Positions 1-8,878 of a stretch of DNA of 64,000 nucleotides are shown here, piece by piece. The translations under genes and the position numbers were made by a program. A model generated the notes under the pieces. That model was not told the origin of the DNA. It saw nothing but the letters and a program-made list of their open reading frames with translations, and ran no database searches. Numbering within the stretch: the first letter of the stretch is position 1; each line of letters opens with the position of its first letter. Origin of the DNA: a virus (lineage: Duplodnaviria; Caudoviricetes); IMG/VR virus record IMGVR_UViG_3300034062_004592, positions 1 through 64,000 of that record; one strand, 5' to 3'.

Positions 1-60
1 AACAGTAAAGTAACCGAGGTGGTAACGAACTCTACTTTTGTCGTAGTCGCTTAACTGCAC
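1..60 (-). CDS. 5' fragment of a putative virion (head-tail connector-type) protein, runs off the window edge
   Basis: GTG start at 60 reads VQLSDYDKSRVRYHLGYFTV with no stop before the edge; TATAAT upstream; lies in the structural operon. Confidence 0.5.
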   Translation of the reverse strand, partial: MQLSDYDKSRVRYHLGYFTV

Positions 61-99
61 TTCTACGTGTCGTTGTCTTTCAATTATAAAAGCAAGTAA

Positions 100-837
100 T
101 CAACCAAACAGGCCATTGAGGTAATCTGATGTGGCGCTGGATTGACCCATAAGTAACGGATCGTTTGTTCTGTAAGAATCCAGGAATCCCATGGGGTTGA
201 GTGCTTGTGAAATTAAACCTCCAACCAACTGTTCTTTAAGTGCGTCTTGTATTGTTTTCTTGGGTTTTTCTGATTCTTTACCCTGCAACTGAGCGCCGTA
301 CATGAATGCTTTAATGATGTCGTCAGCTCGAGAATCTGTGCCCCCTTGTGGTTGAGTCGGTGCTGCAGTTGGTGCAGTTGATGCAATAGCCCCGGCTTTG
401 CCAAGGGATTTCATGTGTCCGAAACCAAGTTCGTATTTGTTATCTCCTGTGGTAAATGCTGCTAGGTTGCCGTAACCACCTTGATTAGCAAGGGGCTTGT
501 ATGTACCAGAGCCTTCGAAATAAACCGGAGTTCCTTCTGGAAGAGCCCAATCTTCTCCCCGGTGAAACGAACTGGCTCCCTTGGTTGGAGCACTGCGCGG
601 ACCATACTTGGAAGTCAGGCTGATCCCAGCTTGTGGATTGAAATCGTATTTACCTTCTTTGTTTTTAATCAGTGCTGGGACTCTTTGCTCGCCAACGCGA
701 ACACCAGCCAAAGCAGAACGAATAGTAGAGGGATCAATATATTGTCCTGTCGAAAGATCTTTCACATAAACATGCTTATGGGGACCGGTTGATACTCCGG
801 TAGAGCCCACCTGTCCTAAGTATGTTATGCCTGCCAT
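100..837 (-). CDS. M23-family Zn metallopeptidase, circularly permuted (virion-associated muralytic enzyme)
   Basis: M23 motifs GQVGSTGVSTGPHKH, FHRGED (HxxxD), GGYGN and FGHM are present, but in permuted order. Confidence 0.75.
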   Translation of the reverse strand: MAGITYLGQVGSTGVSTGPHKHVYVKDLSTGQYIDPSTIRSALAGVRVGEQRVPALIKNKEGKYDFNPQAGISLTSKYGPRSAPTKGASSFHRGEDWALPEGTPVYFEGSGTYKPLANQGGYGNLAAFTTGDNKYELGFGHMKSLGKAGAIASTAPTAAPTQPQGGTDSRADDIIKAFMYGAQLQGKESEKPKKTIQDALKEQLVGGLISQALNPMGFLDSYRTNDPLLMGQSSATSDYLNGLFG

Positions 838-866
838 GGTATCGTTTTATTCTTCATTGTAAGATT

Positions 867-891
867 AAAAAACCCCTGGTTTCCCAGGGGC
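867..891 (-). terminator. Rho-independent terminator
   Basis: Minus strand CCCCTGG-GAAA-CCAGGGG-TTTTTT directly after ORF 905..1315. Confidence 0.85.
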
Positions 892-904
892 TTGGTGGAG
901 ATAG

Positions 905-1315
905 TTATACGCGAATTAAATCAGCAGCAAGTACGGACTCCCAATCAACACGCTTGATTTGCTTCAGCTGTTCAAGATTATTAAACCTTTCACCCGACAG
1001 AGACATCTGAAGGTCTTTAATCTCACGTGCTGTTTTAAGGCCAATTCCCTTAATGTGATCCGCAAGCATTTGTGCGGTAGCGGAATTGACATTTAAACGG
1101 TGATCAGGGGGGAAATCCCGTGGGTCCTCTTTGGCTGCTTTATCTTTGACTTGAAGAGTTTTTACCTTTTTGGTAGCCTCTTCATCTGGGATAAGTTCAG
1201 AGTTGTAAGCGGTGTAAAGGCGACCGTCCTGATCTTCGACCATGAACCAATCGCCATTATCAAACTCACTAACAACTTTGACGCGAGCGCCAGTTTTTTT
1301 GTGCTGGTAAAGCAT
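905..1315 (-). CDS. ComEA-like helix-hairpin-helix DNA-binding protein
   Basis: LNVNSATAQML..IKGIGLKTAREI..F.NLEQLKQIK matches the HhH_3/ComEA pattern. Confidence 0.7.
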   Translation of the reverse strand: MLYQHKKTGARVKVVSEFDNGDWFMVEDQDGRLYTAYNSELIPDEEATKKVKTLQVKDKAAKEDPRDFPPDHRLNVNSATAQMLADHIKGIGLKTAREIKDLQMSLSGERFNNLEQLKQIKRVDWESVLAADLIRV

Positions 1316-1353
1316 AAGGACCAGGTGTTAATTCTGGTCCTAGTTTAGCTTAT

Positions 1354-2163
1354 TCAGCTGACAGTGCGGCCAAGCAGGTAAGCTTCGATGTCTTCGTAGC
1401 CAGGGGCAATGTCAGGCTGGACGTAGCAGGTTTCCACAACCAGGTAACCAACACGACCGGCGGCGGCGTCACCGCTGGAGATGTAGAAACCACCGGAAGT
1501 TGTGGTGGAGTTTGCAGTTTCCTTAGCAAATACACGCAACGTGGTCGAGGCAGTAACCGGGTAGTTGACCACAGAACCAGAGACACCAGCGGCGCCAGTA
1601 GCGGTCAGGAAGGCGTTGGTACCATAACCGGCAGTGCCGCCAGCGAAGTAGATTTCGCCAGCTTGGAGGCCGGAAACAGTGGAAGTCAGGTTGGCTTGAA
1701 TCACGCCTTCACCCACGCCAGAAGCGGCGACGGGTGCACCACCGTTGCTGCGACCGAACGAAATGACGTTACCAGTAGCGGCATACACACCAGAGGCAAC
1801 ACGACCGTCACCCCAACCAGAGGCAACCGAAATGGCGGTGCGGTACACGTAAGCAGGCAGTGTGCTGCTGCCAGAGATCACCATGCCCGTGATGTCGGGA
1901 CGAGTGTCATCCTGGCGATAGGGCGAGGGAACGATCACAGCAGCGGAGTTAACGCTACCAGCACCAGAGGTGGTTGTCACTGCGACATAGCCACGCTGCT
2001 GGAAATAACGGTAACCAGGCAGAGCAAGGACCGAGGTGGGGCCACCAAGGGAGCTGTCGAGAGCGCTACCACCTTCGACAACAGAGTCAATGTTCTTGTA
2101 CCAGCCGTTCAGGGGTTCTGCCCAGTTGCCTGGGAAGATTTTTTTAGCGGACAAATAGGTCAT
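1354..2163 (-). CDS. putative capsid decoration/structural protein
   Basis: 269 aa, Gly/Ser/Thr/Ala-rich and beta-like, directly downstream of the major capsid gene. Confidence 0.55.
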   Translation of the reverse strand: MTYLSAKKIFPGNWAEPLNGWYKNIDSVVEGGSALDSSLGGPTSVLALPGYRYFQQRGYVAVTTTSGAGSVNSAAVIVPSPYRQDDTRPDITGMVISGSSTLPAYVYRTAISVASGWGDGRVASGVYAATGNVISFGRSNGGAPVAASGVGEGVIQANLTSTVSGLQAGEIYFAGGTAGYGTNAFLTATGAAGVSGSVVNYPVTASTTLRVFAKETANSTTTSGGFYISSGDAAAGRVGYLVVETCYVQPDIAPGYEDIEAYLLGRTVS

Positions 2164-2198
2164 TTATTTTTCCTTTTGTTAGTTGTTTACGTTATTGA

Positions 2199-3362
2199 TC
2201 AGATGTTACCGTCATCTTGCACGAAGCTGAACGCGGTGGTCACAAAGTCCTTGTTCAGGATTTCAAAACCGGCGTACAGTTGCCAAATAAGAATGATGAA
2301 ACGGCTGAAATCGTCGTTGTTGTTGATCAGAACTTGAGCGTTCGGACCACCGATACCAACGCCAATCGCTTGAGGACCGAAGAAGTAACCTTGAGCGGCT
2401 TCTTTCACGGCATAGCTAGAACCACCGTCAAAGGAAGTGTTGATACTCTTGATCGGGAAGTTAGTGGATTCGAAGAACTTAACGCCTTCAAACTGCACGC
2501 CAGTCGGCATAACAGGTTCGCCAGCCAGGAAGTAGGCTTGACCGGCCTGGGGGCCTTGGTAGAAGCTGGCGTTGTTAGGCAGCATGGGGTTGCCCATGTA
2601 CATGCCTTGACCAGGATTACCAGCGTAACGAGCGATCTCACGGAAGTCAGGGTCACGACGCAGGTGCATCATGAACGTGGGATCGCAAATACAACGATAC
2701 AGACCATCGGCATAGGTCGGAACGTTGCGCTTGCGCAGGTCCTTAACAACGGTCAGCAGGTCGGTACGCACCTGGAACTGCTGCAGGTCAGCGGTGTACT
2801 CAGGACCAGTGTAGGAAATACGTCCAGAAGCATCCTTGACCTTGTTGCCAGCGAAGTAGTAACCACCTTGAGTGGTGGAAGCAGCACCGTTGGCTTCAGC
2901 TTTGGACAGTTCATCAATGAACACGCGGTCACGCCACCGGCGATAGTCGTCAAGCAGCGTCAAGCTACCGATCGACTGGTGGAACATATTCAGGTTACCG
3001 GTATCCAGCAGCATGCGCTGAGCGGTAACCAGTGTTTCGCGAGCAATCTTGAATGTGCTGGGCTGAGTCGGGTCGCCCGGATCCGCAGGACCGGTGTACT
3101 CCTTAAGCACCACCAGAACTTTCTCTTTGGTGATGTTACGGCTGTTAGCGGTACCGATCGTTTGGTCAGCAATACGCTCACGGCTGTCCTTAGTACCAGG
3201 GGTACCCCAGAACTTGTAGCGGTCTAACTGAACGGTTTGACCAGGCTGACGTGTGAAGTCGTGGACAACCACAGGCTCCACAGCCATCTCAGCGATGTAT
3301 GCAGGGTGGGGACGATAAAGTTCCGCACCTAAAATCTTTGGAAAGTCGTTATCAATAAACAC
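2199..3362 (-). CDS. major capsid protein (HK97 fold)
   Basis: 387 aa, follows portal and scaffold; GGAGGA SD before the GTG start; capsid-like segments (QPGQTVQLDRY, GVQFEGVKFFES, FFGPQAIG). Confidence 0.8.
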   Translation of the reverse strand: MFIDNDFPKILGAELYRPHPAYIAEMAVEPVVVHDFTRQPGQTVQLDRYKFWGTPGTKDSRERIADQTIGTANSRNITKEKVLVVLKEYTGPADPGDPTQPSTFKIARETLVTAQRMLLDTGNLNMFHQSIGSLTLLDDYRRWRDRVFIDELSKAEANGAASTTQGGYYFAGNKVKDASGRISYTGPEYTADLQQFQVRTDLLTVVKDLRKRNVPTYADGLYRCICDPTFMMHLRRDPDFREIARYAGNPGQGMYMGNPMLPNNASFYQGPQAGQAYFLAGEPVMPTGVQFEGVKFFESTNFPIKSINTSFDGGSSYAVKEAAQGYFFGPQAIGVGIGGPNAQVLINNNDDFSRFIILIWQLYAGFEILNKDFVTTAFSFVQDDGNI

Positions 3363-3450
3363 TTTGTTTTATCCTCCAGTGTCGCAGGAAGTGTGTTGTC
3401 AGGTGAAAGATTCAGACATGATTATGTCTTATCTAACACAAATTTTAGCA

Positions 3451-3475
3451 GCCGGTAATTTATTTAATTACCGGC
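3451..3475. promoter_or_regulatory. 10-bp inverted repeat between scaffold and capsid genes, next to a -10-like TAAAAT
   Basis: GCCGGTAATT-TATTT-AATTACCGGC. Confidence 0.5.
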
Positions 3476-3481
3476 ATTAAA

Positions 3482-4468
3482 TCATTCCATTACAAACAGT
3501 TTGTTTGCAACGGTCTGAGGCTGAGCTTGGTTCAGGACGCGCCAAGCGTTCTGAGGATCGCGATTCATCATCTCGCCAAAAGTGCCCCAGAAATTCTCAG
3601 GTGCTTGCGGAGCAGCAGCTGTCGGGGGAGCAGGGAAGTTGCCAGCTTGGAACTGACCAATCGACTGAGTCGGATAACCGCGTGTCTCAAGTTCCTGCTC
3701 GTTTTCGTACACAGGGTACGGACCTTCAGGACCAAAAAACTTAAGCGTGTAATCGCTCAGGACATCGGGATTGGTAAGGATCTCGTTGTAGGCAAGATTC
3801 TCTTGATGCTCGTTAATGGCAAAATCAGCGTAACCCTTGATGGTATCAGCGGCGCGGTTTCCCCACGCGACGGCGCTGTCCAGCATTTGCTCCAGGTTTA
3901 GAGCGTAGTTGTTCAGCACTGCCGGAGCTTCGATCCCGAACGCGTCCATCACGTACCGACTGTCCTGGCTCATTCCCAGGAGGTCCGCCATTTGGGTTGC
4001 CGCCTCCTGCAAGGATTGATTGGAGGAGGTTGGGGAATAGCTGGGCGAGTATGCCTGGTTGGGAGACCAAGTCTGCGGAGCCGATTGTTGCGTAGCTTGG
4101 CTGCTGTACTGTCCGTAATTGGCCGGGGTATACGCCGTCGTCGGCGGCGATGGTTGACCCTGGAACGGGGATTGGACTGGTGCGCTCAGCAGATTCACCA
4201 CCTTGTTGAACGCCGATTCCCAGGGATTCCCCGCCGAGTCCGCCGCCGGTTGGGATTGGGGGGCGTACTGAGTAGGGCTGGATTGGTAGCTGGGGGCTGC
4301 CTGAGGTACCGCTTGGGGGTAACTGGTACCCACCTGATACGCCACCGGAGCCGGAGCCTGGTAACTGGCCGGAGCTGCTTGCGGTGCTGCCACCACGTAG
4401 CTGCTCGGCGCGACGGCCACTGGTGCTTGGCTCGTCTGTGGGATCGATTGGACGGTAGCGTCCTGCAT
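3482..4468 (-). CDS. putative capsid scaffolding/assembly protein
   Basis: Pro/Gln/Ala-rich N-terminus with a helical C-half; AGGAG SD upstream; sits between portal and capsid. Confidence 0.6.
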   Translation of the reverse strand: MQDATVQSIPQTSQAPVAVAPSSYVVAAPQAAPASYQAPAPVAYQVGTSYPQAVPQAAPSYQSSPTQYAPQSQPAADSAGNPWESAFNKVVNLLSAPVQSPFQGQPSPPTTAYTPANYGQYSSQATQQSAPQTWSPNQAYSPSYSPTSSNQSLQEAATQMADLLGMSQDSRYVMDAFGIEAPAVLNNYALNLEQMLDSAVAWGNRAADTIKGYADFAINEHQENLAYNEILTNPDVLSDYTLKFFGPEGPYPVYENEQELETRGYPTQSIGQFQAGNFPAPPTAAAPQAPENFWGTFGEMMNRDPQNAWRVLNQAQPQTVANKLFVME

Positions 4469-6218
4469 AACTCATCTCCTTTTGTAAAGCTTCTAAAGTG
4501 CGATATAGATAGGGTGTTAAATCTAATCGCGGGTCCGCAGCCATCGGTAAGTCCGGTGATTGCGGATGGGGAGTTTGCATCATTCCCCCCACAAGGCGAG
4601 CAAATTGAGAGTATGCACTCTGCAATTCATTCACCATTCTGAACGGAAACCCAGATAACATCTCGGCCCGTTCCTCATCCGTCTTGGACGGGAAGAGGTA
4701 TTTCAGTGCCTCAATGCTATCAACACCTAACTCCTGTAAGTTGCGTACCACGATGGAGTTGTTCAGGATGTCTTGAGTGGAATCCTCATAAACAGGTCCA
4801 AGCCAACGCCACTGCATGGTCACATCGCCATCTGGAATCAAACCAGAAACACCAGGAGGGATCTGCTGCGTTTGAAGGCAAGCCATCATCAACTGCTTGA
4901 CTTGATCATCAAATGCACTCATGGCATCGTTGTAAGCTGCCAAGTCTTCCGCACTAGATTCCTCTGGAAGATCCAGGGGTTTTTCTAATCCTGCAGCGGC
5001 GGCAAGCGTCTCCTTAAACAGGCGTTCTTCTTGGTAGATAATTAGCTCAAAACAACGGCAGATACCGTAAGTGTAAATGGCAATTGCCTTTTTCTTGGAC
5101 GTGGCAGAAACACGACCAAACAATGACTTGTACTCAGTAGCAGTCACGCCTGCAGAAATTGACAGTTCGTCAACGCCGCCCAGGGCGGTGCGAATTTCTT
5201 CTCGGTACTGACGTGCAAAAGAATTCTGGTCGCCAGTGATGGCATCGGGAACAATGTAACCAACACGGTCGTTTGGTTCCAGGTTTGCAATGACGCGTGG
5301 AACTCGGATCTGTCCGTCAACACCACGGTGAATGGGATCAGCCTTGAATCGGGATTGACTCAGTCCACTGGGACCACTGAACCCAGAGTTAGCTGCGATA
5401 GAAGGACGCTGAACAACGTTCTCGCCACCGGCCTCCATCAAGTCAGTCTTGGGCCTGGAGGAAAGAAGCGTGGGGTTACCAAAGAACTGTACGTTCTTGC
5501 GCATGGTGCGAACCATTTCGTCATGCGTGCAGATGTGATTGGCTAACGCTTCAAATTCACCGACACCTTCAGTAGAGAAACCCTTGACGTTATGGAAAAT
5601 TTCTACGCAAGGAATAAAGCCCAGCGTATTTGTAAACGTTTTTGTTCTACCAAAATTTGCTTGGTAGTTGCTATCAAACGACAGCTCACCTTCCGAGTGG
5701 GTTTCTTCAATCGTTTTGCGTTTGATTGAAAGGCGGATGTAACGCTTTGCACCGCCCTGTCCCATGGTGGCCGGACCACTTAAACTTGCGGAATCAATGT
5801 CCTGCTGGTAACCAAACCCGTTCTTGACCTTGTAGCTGTAAATGATTACAACTTCATCAAGCTCGCCATCAATGTTGTAATAGCTACGATATTCGTGCTT
5901 ACGAAAGTAGTAAAGACGATAGTTGTTCTGAGTTGGACGGATGTAAAAAAGACCTTGCCCATCACAAAGTGAATAATCCCAGATTGAATCGAAGCGGATG
6001 TCGAGAGAGTTGTATTTGATTACACGGTCAATAAAGTCTTTGCGCTGATTCCCAAAGTTATCCTGCACAGGAAAAAACTCAACACCCTGGCGGATGCCGA
6101 ATAATTTCATCTGCGCTAGGTGTGAAGCTACGACGCCAGTGTCAATCATTGACCCGCCGTCTTTTTCAAGATACGAGTCAATAATTTCCTTGAGTCTAGA
6201 CTTAGCGTCGACGGCCAT
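3846..6218 (-). CDS. portal protein with long C-terminal extension overlapping the scaffold gene
   Basis: Position between terminase and scaffold/capsid; portal-like motifs (NTLGFIPCVEI, W.GPVYEDS..D); 790-aa open frame. Confidence 0.7.
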   Translation of the reverse strand: MAVDAKSRLKEIIDSYLEKDGGSMIDTGVVASHLAQMKLFGIRQGVEFFPVQDNFGNQRKDFIDRVIKYNSLDIRFDSIWDYSLCDGQGLFYIRPTQNNYRLYYFRKHEYRSYYNIDGELDEVVIIYSYKVKNGFGYQQDIDSASLSGPATMGQGGAKRYIRLSIKRKTIEETHSEGELSFDSNYQANFGRTKTFTNTLGFIPCVEIFHNVKGFSTEGVGEFEALANHICTHDEMVRTMRKNVQFFGNPTLLSSRPKTDLMEAGGENVVQRPSIAANSGFSGPSGLSQSRFKADPIHRGVDGQIRVPRVIANLEPNDRVGYIVPDAITGDQNSFARQYREEIRTALGGVDELSISAGVTATEYKSLFGRVSATSKKKAIAIYTYGICRCFELIIYQEERLFKETLAAAAGLEKPLDLPEESSAEDLAAYNDAMSAFDDQVKQLMMACLQTQQIPPGVSGLIPDGDVTMQWRWLGPVYEDSTQDILNNSIVVRNLQELGVDSIEALKYLFPSKTDEERAEMLSGFPFRMVNELQSAYSQFARLVGGMMQTPHPQSPDLPMAADPRLDLTPYLYRTLEALQKEMSYAGRYRPIDPTDEPSTSGRRAEQLRGGSTASSSGQLPGSGSGGVSGGYQLPPSGTSGSPQLPIQPYSVRPPIPTGGGLGGESLGIGVQQGGESAERTSPIPVPGSTIAADDGVYPGQLRTVQQPSYATIGSADLVSQPGILAQLFPNLLQSILAGGGNPNGGPPGNEPGQSVRDGRVRDRSSGSAEQLRSKPGANAGQRRRVGKPRR

Positions 6219-6364
6219 TAACTATTTTCCTTTTTCTTTGACTCAATCTTAGCAGCTTTTGCTTGCTTCTTAAAGTGCAACCATTTGCCAAAATACACCA
6301 GTTCGGCAGAGGAATAAAGCTCTGGATTATGCAGCGCTTGCTTTACAAGTTTTTTAGTTTTCAT
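6218..6364 (-). CDS. small basic hypothetical protein (48 aa)
   Basis: Read by hand: MKTKKLVKQALHNPELYSSAELVYFGKW...; its TAA overlaps the portal ATG. Confidence 0.6.
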   Translation of the reverse strand: MKTKKLVKQALHNPELYSSAELVYFGKWLHFKKQAKAAKIESKKKENS

Positions 6365-6373
6365 AGCGTTTCC

Positions 6374-6592
6374 TTACGAAACAAATTTGGATTGGAACCC
6401 GGCTGGCAACTGCTCAGCGTCAGCCACTCCCTGAAGATTGCCAACAGCACCGGGTAAATTGCTGGAACCAAACGCCGAAGGGAATTTTTTAAATTTTGCG
6501 CCGGGAGGGGTGTCGAAACTTGGGTTAACAGCAAGTAGGCCACCTTGGTTACCGGGGGCTCCAGGGACGTTGAGTTCTCCGCCGTAATACAT
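6374..6592 (-). CDS. hypothetical protein
   Basis: 72-aa ORF in operon; TAGAAT upstream. Confidence 0.55.
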   Translation of the reverse strand: MYYGGELNVPGAPGNQGGLLAVNPSFDTPPGAKFKKFPSAFGSSNLPGAVGNLQGVADAEQLPAGFQSKFVS

Positions 6593-6616
6593 GTGCTTAT
6601 CTTGTTTTCCTTTATT

Positions 6617-6799
6617 CTAGTCCTCTAAAACTTCGTAACCGGAAGCGTCATTTACCTTGGAAATTACGATACCTTCGCCGCGTACATCCCAATTCAAAAC
6701 ATCGCCCTCTTGCCAACCCAGCTCTTCGATTACTTCATCAGGCAAAATAATGTATTGATCTCCGTTTTCGTCCTCTTGTACTTCAAGGATGTAACTCAT
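6617..6799 (-). CDS. AbrB/MazE/SpoVT-like DNA-binding protein
   Basis: GDQYIILPDEVIEELGWQEGDVLNW fits the swapped-hairpin signature. Confidence 0.7.
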   Translation of the reverse strand: MSYILEVQEDENGDQYIILPDEVIEELGWQEGDVLNWDVRGEGIVISKVNDASGYEVLED

Positions 6800-7068
6800 T
6801 TGGTCAAAAGCTTTTCCATCAGTTTATCAAGCTTATTATTGATCTCGCGAAAATTGTTGTGCATTTCTTGAATTTCCCTTAAGAAGTCCACCTTGAGCAC
6901 GTAGTCCAGTGGCATGCGGTTGACTTGGTCTTCCAAGACCTCCACTCTTCGGTTTTGTGAATTAAGTCTTTCGCCCAGGCGGCTCATAAGCTTACTCATT
7001 GCCCAGGAGCCACCTGTCGCAGCTGAGATCACTGCCGTAAGAGCAATGGCTAAATATTCTGGTCCCAC
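6796..7068 (-). CDS. small membrane-anchored coiled-coil protein
   Basis: Probable GTG start at 7068 (VGPEYLAIALTAVISAATGG); N-terminal hydrophobic segment followed by coiled coil (..INNKLDKLMEKLL). Confidence 0.55.
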   Translation of the reverse strand: MGPEYLAIALTAVISAATGGSWAMSKLMSRLGERLNSQNRRVEVLEDQVNRMPLDYVLKVDFLREIQEMHNNFREINNKLDKLMEKLLTK

Positions 7069-7097
7069 GAATCCAAGGTTTTTTAATATTCTAAGAG

Positions 7098-8627
7098 TCA
7101 GTAATCGAGGTGTAACTGTCCCTTCCTTGCTAATCCGGTAACAAGCCAGACGAGAGCGTCGACACAATCGTCGTGACTACTTACGCCAAAGTTGGTAAGC
7201 TCTTCAAACATGTTGGTGAAATTACGAAAACGATTGAAGATGATCTTGCGGTCCTCAAACATACCCATAATGCCACGGAAGCGAGCCAACTTATCTGCCC
7301 TGAAACCTTTAACGGGATGCCAAATTAAATTGTAAAGACCTTCATTGTTCAGACAAACACGTTTGAAGTCCGCCTCCAGGGATGCCTGGTACTGTACGGC
7401 CTCACTCCAAATGTCGCACGTTGAATAGCTGGGGTAATACAAACCGCTTTGTTCGTCTTTGGCAATCACTGACCAATCATTCAACAACTCCTTGAGGGCA
7501 TCAAGTTTTTCAAGGTTACCCATGACGCGAATACGTCGGTAATCAATGATGTGAATGCGGTCGCCAATGCGACCACCAAGAATCATAACTGTGTAATCGT
7601 TTTTCTCTTTAGTGCCAGCGGAGAGATCAACCCCAACCCCAAGGGCGTCAAACTCCGTTGCAATTTCCGCTTTCACAATCAACTCCGGAGCCAACGAAAG
7701 TTCGTTCTGCCGAACGATTTGATTCATGTACTGGAACGAGAAAGCAATTGGTGCTTGCCGTTTTTTCTCCTTTAGGTAATCCAATGACCACATGTCTGGC
7801 CAATACGATTCCTCTTCACCAGTGATGGGATTGTTTTGAATTGCTGAAAGGATAATCTGTTGCCAGTTGTTTTGTTCATTAAATGTTGTGGAGTGAATGT
7901 CATCGTGTCTGAAGCGAGTACCAAGGCAGATCGCTCGTGCACCTTCAAACATGGTTGGTGCAATCACAGCATTCCAGTTGTCCTGCATCTGTTTCCTGAT
8001 GTCAGGGTTGGCAATATCTGCGGCCGACTTGATGGCGTCATCAATCATGACCAAGTGCGAACGCTTGGAAGTCACCGAACCCTTGAGGCCTGCTGCGCAA
8101 AGCGTGAACTGTTCGTCACCTGTTACATCAATGCCAGCAAACTTGTGATCAATTGACCAGTACTCATTGCTGGTGGCGTTCTTCAAAAGGCGAACTTTAG
8201 GGAAAACCTCTTGGTATCGCTTGCTTTCAATGATGCGTTTGATGGTGGAAGATTTGGAACGAGCGATGTCAACGGTGTAAGACAGATACAGAATCTGCAG
8301 TGGCAATCCTGCGTGCGTATGGATGCCAATGGCCCATGCCGTAAGCAGACCCAATACTGTGGACTTAGCGGAGCCCCTGGGTGCCAGGAGATCCACGTTG
8401 GGACCAGCGATCTTAATGAGGCAACTGCTGTCCTCCTCTGTGACAAAGTGTCGATGCCAGTTGAGGTGATGAGCAGCCGGTGGTTTATCTGCTACGTATT
8501 CACAGAAGAAGCCAAAATCTTCTTGGGCTTTCTTCAGTGCTTCTGCGTTACGTGGCTTGCGTATTTGCTGTCTGCGTGCGGCGGCTTGAGCATTGCGGCG
8601 GTAAGCAAGATGCGTATAGCTTGGCAC
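7098..8627 (-). CDS. terL: terminase large subunit
   Basis: Walker A APRGSAKS, Walker B VMIDD, coupling GTRF, RNase H-like nuclease motifs GVDLS..DYT and HDDCVDA. Confidence 0.9.
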   Translation of the reverse strand: MPSYTHLAYRRNAQAAARRQQIRKPRNAEALKKAQEDFGFFCEYVADKPPAAHHLNWHRHFVTEEDSSCLIKIAGPNVDLLAPRGSAKSTVLGLLTAWAIGIHTHAGLPLQILYLSYTVDIARSKSSTIKRIIESKRYQEVFPKVRLLKNATSNEYWSIDHKFAGIDVTGDEQFTLCAAGLKGSVTSKRSHLVMIDDAIKSAADIANPDIRKQMQDNWNAVIAPTMFEGARAICLGTRFRHDDIHSTTFNEQNNWQQIILSAIQNNPITGEEESYWPDMWSLDYLKEKKRQAPIAFSFQYMNQIVRQNELSLAPELIVKAEIATEFDALGVGVDLSAGTKEKNDYTVMILGGRIGDRIHIIDYRRIRVMGNLEKLDALKELLNDWSVIAKDEQSGLYYPSYSTCDIWSEAVQYQASLEADFKRVCLNNEGLYNLIWHPVKGFRADKLARFRGIMGMFEDRKIIFNRFRNFTNMFEELTNFGVSSHDDCVDALVWLVTGLARKGQLHLDY

Positions 8628-8659
8628 AGCAGTAATTCAGAGTATTACTGAATACTACC

Positions 8660-8824
8660 TTACTTTTTGCCTTCTTGTTTTTTGGCCTTTTGCTTTTGAT
8701 ACTTACGTGCTTTTTCTAAAGCGGCCTTACGCTTTTCCTTGTCCGACATCTCAGTGCCGTCTTCTTTCTTTGCATCTTTTTTCTTAAGGTGCGCAAGAAA
8801 CTGCGGAGGGATTTTACCAGCCAT
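8660..8824 (-). CDS. small Lys-rich protein (54 aa)
   Basis: Read by hand: MAGKIPPQFLAHLKKKDAKKEDGTEMSDKEKRKAALEKARKY... Confidence 0.6.
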   Translation of the reverse strand: MAGKIPPQFLAHLKKKDAKKEDGTEMSDKEKRKAALEKARKYQKQKAKKQEGKK

Positions 8825-8878
8825 TTAAATCAGTTATCTGTTAACAATGTTGTATTGCACTTTAATATTTTAAGGCAG

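Noticed and set aside
1663-3227. Long + strand ORFs (1663..2337, 2217..3227) opposite the capsid genes
   Set aside because: Antisense shadows of strongly codon-biased genes; no motifs or start signals
3992-4642. 216-aa + strand ORF over the portal/scaffold overlap
   Set aside because: Arg-rich nonsense-like sequence expected from a GC-rich, doubly constrained region
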